Virus record (IMG/VR): IMGVR_UViG_3300012953_000126
Location: 1 to 30,842 of that record
DNA from: a virus
Lineage: Duplodnaviria; Caudoviricetes
Strand: one strand, 5' to 3'
DNA length: 30,842 bases
In this document: in pieces, positions 28,549 through 30,842 of the stretch
Position numbering within the stretch: position 1 is the first letter of the stretch
How the letters are laid out: each line of letters opens with the position of its first letter
Made by a program: the position numbers and the translations under genes
Notes under the pieces: model-generated
The model's database searches: none
Told to the model about the DNA's origin: nothing
The model's input: only the letters and a program-made list of their open reading frames with translations

Positions 28549-28694
28549 TAACGACCCTGTCCCCTGTATCTTTTACGAGCCGAGTTACGAGAGGTTGCTG
28601 AGTATTTCGAGTGCTTTCCTCTTCCCTGTCGAGATTTTTTCGGTTTGGATTCAGTATTATAAGTACTTCCCATCATTCCTGATTTAATTGCCAT
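28548..28694 (-). CDS. 48-aa highly basic microprotein (not in ORF track)
   Basis: Manual translation MAIKSGMMGSTYNTESKPKKSRQGRGKHSKYSATSRNSARKRYRGQGR*. TAATG overlaps at both ends, exactly filling the gap. Confidence 0.85.
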   Translation of the reverse strand: MAIKSGMMGSTYNTESKPKKSRQGRGKHSKYSATSRNSARKRYRGQGR

Positions 28695-28852
28695 TAATCT
28701 TCCTCGATTGTTTCATAAGTAATTTCTTTTTGTATTTGCTGCCCTGTTACGTATTGTTCAACAGCGTAGTCTTCCAGTCTGTCAAAGAGTTCTGATTCTG
28801 TGAGGTTCCAGAAGACGACCTTGCCTTTACGAAGTATATTATACTTTTTCAT
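28694..28852 (-). CDS. Small hypothetical protein (52 aa from ATG 28852; 60 aa if ATG 28876 is used)
   Basis: MKKYNILRKGKVVFWNLTESELFDRLEDYAVEQYVTGQQIQKEITYETIEED. The second ATG is preferred because it aligns with the start of the similar 29952-30128 protein. Confidence 0.75.
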   Translation of the reverse strand: MKKYNILRKGKVVFWNLTESELFDRLEDYAVEQYVTGQQIQKEITYETIEED

Positions 28853-28873
28853 ATACAATGGGAGTTTTACATC

Positions 28874-28881
28874 CATTTATA
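28874..28881 (-). promoter_or_regulatory. Possible late promoter variant TATAAATG
   Basis: 7/8 match to TATAAATA, overlapping the glycosyltransferase stop. About 22 nt before ATG 28852, similar to the spacing at the perfect late promoters in this window. Confidence 0.35.
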
Positions 28882-29740
28882 TGATTCTTGTTTTCTCGTG
28901 TCCAACTCGAATGCGTGGGTCACACCAGATTTCAAATCCTGCCTCTTTTGCATCAAGACAGAATGAAACGTCCTCACCGCACATATCTTGAACATCTCCT
29001 GATTCAAATACCTGCATCTTTGGAGCGAACCAAGGATATGGTAATCCTTCATGCTCAAATACACCATTCTTAATCAGTAACCATCCAAAACCTGTATAGT
29101 CTACAGTAAAAGGTTTCTTTCTCTTACTGATACTTTCAATAGTTTCGTGATTCATCACTCCACCGTTTCCTCTGAAGTCATCTTCATCTAACCAGTGAGC
29201 AACGGATGTTGTCTTTCCATCTTCGGTGCAGTACCATCCAGCACAGAGTTGACGTTCCTTTTCAGGATCGACAATTAACTTATATCCTTTTAATTGCTCT
29301 TTTCCTTCTGCATCTTTCTCAAAGACTTCTTCCTTTGTAACTGCATTCTCAGGAATTGACATCAATATTAATTGATAGAACTTCTCTGTGTTGAATACAA
29401 TATCTGAGTCAATCCAGAGCTGATAATCATATTTGAGTTTACCATCCCAAGGTAATTGATTAGGTCCTCTTAATACATTTGCTCCAAGACACTTACATCT
29501 GGCAAAGTTTACCATTGATGAATAGTCTTGTGATATCTGTATTGCTGCTCCTGCCTGTACTAAATCAAATGAGAGTGTTACAAATGATTTTAAAAATTGG
29601 TATGAGACTCCTCGACCTGGTAAACAAAATACTATTGTTTTTCCTTTTACTAATCCTCTTGCTAGATTATAGTCCCATTCTGGTTTCTTTGGAGTAGTCT
29701 TCTTCGGGTTTTTTGCTTTAACCGTAAATCCTTTCGCCAT
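28877..29740 (-). CDS. GT-A fold / family 2-like glycosyltransferase (287 aa)
   Basis: IVFCLPG, VNFARCKC, DxD motif LWIDSDIVF, TGFGWLLIK..VFE, GEDVSFC and VGHEK are typical GT2-like motifs. Confidence 0.75.
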   Translation of the reverse strand: MAKGFTVKAKNPKKTTPKKPEWDYNLARGLVKGKTIVFCLPGRGVSYQFLKSFVTLSFDLVQAGAAIQISQDYSSMVNFARCKCLGANVLRGPNQLPWDGKLKYDYQLWIDSDIVFNTEKFYQLILMSIPENAVTKEEVFEKDAEGKEQLKGYKLIVDPEKERQLCAGWYCTEDGKTTSVAHWLDEDDFRGNGGVMNHETIESISKRKKPFTVDYTGFGWLLIKNGVFEHEGLPYPWFAPKMQVFESGDVQDMCGEDVSFCLDAKEAGFEIWCDPRIRVGHEKTRII

Positions 29741-29762
29741 AATGTGTTGTAATTACATTCAT

Positions 29763-29791
29763 ATCATACTATAATTTATATACTTTGTCAA
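29763..29791 (-). promoter_or_regulatory. sigma70-type promoter TTGACA-N17-TATGAT with an embedded late-like TATAAATT
   Basis: Minus strand TTGACA (29791-29786), 17-nt spacer, TATGAT (29768-29763). TATAAATT lies at 29780-29773. Upstream of the glycosyltransferase ATG at 29740. Confidence 0.7.
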
Positions 29792-29952
29792 TCTTTATTT
29801 TTGTTACTTGGTTCGGCATACAAGAAAGGTTTGTATGATATTACAATCTGATGTTTCTTTCCTGTCTCTTTACTTACAGCATCAAATGTAATATTAAAAC
29901 GTATATTACGATTCTTAAATATTACCTTACCAATCCGAAATTCTTCTTCCAT
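29788..29952 (-). CDS. 54-aa hypothetical protein (start revised from 29988 to ATG 29952)
   Basis: MEEEFRIGKVIFKNRNIRFNITFDAVSKETGKKHQIVISYKPFLYAEPSNKNKD. The ATG overlaps the upstream TAA (TAATG). Confidence 0.65.
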   Translation of the reverse strand: MEEEFRIGKVIFKNRNIRFNITFDAVSKETGKKHQIVISYKPFLYAEPSNKNKD

Positions 29953-30128
29953 TAATAAGAATGCTCCGCAATTTCTCCTACGATACAACTCTCATCTATA
30001 CATTCTGCATATGTAATATCATCTTTCCAATAAGAAGTATATAACTTATCCCATATCATTGTAAATTCATCCAGTGTTAAATTCTTAAATAAAACTTTCT
30101 CTTGAAAATAGATATGATAACTTTTCAT
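29952..30128 (-). CDS. 58-aa hypothetical protein (not in ORF track)
   Basis: Manual translation MKSYHIYFQEKVLFKNLTLDEFTMIWDKLYTSYWKDDITYAECIDESCIVGEIAEHSY*. ATGA overlap with the AbrB-like gene and TAATG overlap downstream. Confidence 0.8.
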   Translation of the reverse strand: MKSYHIYFQEKVLFKNLTLDEFTMIWDKLYTSYWKDDITYAECIDESCIVGEIAEHSY

Positions 30129-30313
30129 TCGCTTACCTCTTGTATATGAATACCATTATCATCTACGTGCCAAATTAATTCTGTATCTTCATACCAGTCA
30201 AATTCATTGATTACCCATTCAGGTACAGTTATCTGATATTGATTTGTAACAGGATCGATTGTGACGGGTACTTTAGAATCTTCGTACTTCTTCATTATGG
30301 TTGTCATCTTCAC
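30125..30313 (-). CDS. AbrB/SpoVT/MazE-like small DNA-binding protein (true start may be ATG 30307 or 30295)
   Basis: YQITVPEWVINEFDWYEDTELIWHVDDNGIHIQ fits the swapped-hairpin pattern (I/V-T-I/V-P-x-x-I...W..G/D..L.W.V-D). Confidence 0.6.
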   Translation of the reverse strand: MKMTTIMKKYEDSKVPVTIDPVTNQYQITVPEWVINEFDWYEDTELIWHVDDNGIHIQEVSE

Positions 30314-30319
30314 TTTTCC

Positions 30320-30348
30320 AGTATATAGTACCTTTGTATTTTATGCAA
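30320..30348 (-). promoter_or_regulatory. sigma70-type promoter TTGCAT-N17-TATACT
   Basis: Minus strand TTGCAT (30348-30343), 17-nt spacer, TATACT (30325-30320), immediately upstream of the AbrB-like gene. Confidence 0.55.
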
Positions 30349-30349
30349 A

Positions 30350-30532
30350 TCCTGTGTGGGCATTTTTACACACGAAAAAAAATCTGTACCCACTGTGTAA
30401 ATCAATACCGTTTTTCTATAGAGAGGTCGGATCGGGTCGTTTATAGCTTAATGGTACCTTGCGATTTTACATACGGGGGGCGACCCGCCCCACCACTGCT
30501 GCATCACGTACGAACAGGGTTAGTCCCTGTCG
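30350..30532. other. Non-coding region with several inverted repeats, a GC hairpin and an A-tract
   Basis: TTTACACA/TGTGTAAA (30365-72/30394-401); GGGGCG-ACC-CGCCCC (30477-91); ACAGGG-TTAGT-CCCTGT (30514-30); A8 tract at 30375-82. Confidence 0.55.
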
Positions 30533-30696
30533 GTGTACTGTCCTTCCGTGACTCTCTTACCGTTGAGAGCATACCAGCAGACCTCTGCGATTCCGTACTC
30601 TTGGGCAACGTCATAGCATAGAGGGTATGCGTCTTCCAGTGTTCTTACTGGTTCTTTAATGTCTGTGTTAGGGACTTCAACAAAATATGTAATCAT
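30520..30696 (-). CDS. 58-aa early-type hypothetical protein (not in ORF track)
   Basis: Manual translation MITYFVEVPNTDIKEPVRTLEDAYPLCYDVAQEYGIAEVCWYALNGKRVTEGQYTDRD*. Preceded by its own sigma70-like promoter and ends in a hairpin. Confidence 0.8.
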   Translation of the reverse strand: MITYFVEVPNTDIKEPVRTLEDAYPLCYDVAQEYGIAEVCWYALNGKRVTEGQYTDRD

Positions 30697-30720
30697 AATT
30701 AATGGGGTGTTAATACTTAT

Positions 30721-30749
30721 ATTATAAGGTAGGGTTACGAATCACGCAA
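30721..30749 (-). promoter_or_regulatory. Early sigma70-type promoter TTGCGT-N17-TATAAT
   Basis: Minus strand TTGCGT (30749-30744), 17-nt spacer, perfect TATAAT (30726-30721), about 25 nt before ATG 30696. Confidence 0.7.
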
Positions 30750-30752
30750 CCC
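30732..30752 (-). terminator. Hairpin (possible terminator or processing stem) overlapping the early promoter
   Basis: Minus strand GGGTTGCG-TGATT-CGTAACCC: 8-bp stem with one G-U pair, about 20 nt after the upstream stop. No clear U-tract. Confidence 0.4.
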
Positions 30753-30771
30753 CCCAAATGTTAATTAATCC

Positions 30772-30842
30772 TTAAGCGTATTTGCTGCAAGGATGTGGGT
30801 TCTCAGGGGTGCAACCGAACGAAGCAAAGAAAGCGTTCATCA
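30772..30842 (-). CDS. C-terminal fragment of a small hypothetical protein (runs off the window)
   Basis: Open frame ...MNAFFASFGCTPENPHPCSKYA* ending TAA at 30772-30774, followed by the hairpin/promoter. Too short to identify. Confidence 0.5.
   Translation of the reverse strand, partial: MNAFFASFGCTPENPHPCSKYA

Noticed and set aside
28218-29697. Track ORFs 28218-28535(+), 28800-28991(+), 28867-29067(-), 28888-29073(+), 29479-29697(+)
   Set aside because: They overlap better-supported genes in other frames or on the other strand and show no recognisable motifs.
29952-30313. Type II toxin-antitoxin pair (AbrB/MazE-like gene overlapping a small downstream gene)
   Set aside because: The architecture fits, but the 58-aa partner is too short, lacks MazF/VapC/Doc motifs and instead resembles the 52-aa protein downstream.
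30354-30401. H-type pseudoknot from the interleaved inverted repeats
   Set aside because: Loop lengths of 0, 14 and 2 nt are sterically implausible for both stems forming at once, so it is kept only as alternative pairings or an operator.
30430-30540. tRNA or CRISPR-like array in the GC-rich gap
   Set aside because: There is no T-loop GTTCRA in a cloverleaf context and no regularly spaced direct repeats.
30261-30621. Plus-strand ORFs 30261-30446 and 30301-30621
   Set aside because: They have non-ATG starts, overlap the AbrB-like gene, its promoter and (for 30301-30621) the 58-aa early ORF on the opposite strand, and run against the uniform minus-strand polarity.
110-30696. Three hidden ORFs of exactly 177 nt (110-286, 29952-30128, 30520-30696)
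   Set aside because: Their sequences are unrelated. The equal length is best explained as coincidence among ORFs just under the track's ~60-aa cutoff.

Overview
This 30.8 kb window is AT-rich and every convincing gene lies on the minus strand. It reads as the baseplate/neck module of a T4-like marine myovirus, most likely a cyanomyovirus (Kyanoviridae-type). That assignment is inferred from protein motifs, gene order and TATAAATA late promoters; no database search was run. In transcription order (right to left) it starts with the tail of a GC-richer, early-type region of small ORFs with sigma70-like promoters and a ~200 bp structured non-coding element. Next is a cluster of small genes: an AbrB/SpoVT-like protein, two apparent paralogous ~55-aa proteins, a GT2-like glycosyltransferase, a 48-aa very basic microprotein, a 239-aa conserved protein and a SpeD (AdoMet decarboxylase) homologue. 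The structural genes follow: gp25, gp6, a giant 4434-aa gp7, gp8, a 2467-aa VrlC/DUF4815-like protein, several small ORFs, a 566-aa fibre-like protein and the start of neck gene gp13. The most unusual observation is the SpeD homologue: its frame is intact but the pyruvoyl-forming E-S-H site reads E-T-R and two other conserved His positions are also replaced, suggesting a pseudo-enzyme or altered-cofactor enzyme. Also notable are a small gene beginning with a T4 capsid-targeting-like sequence, a repeat module nested inside another in gp7, and several real sub-60-aa ORFs missing from the supplied track. No tRNA, rRNA, CRISPR array, integrase, intron or intein was recognised.
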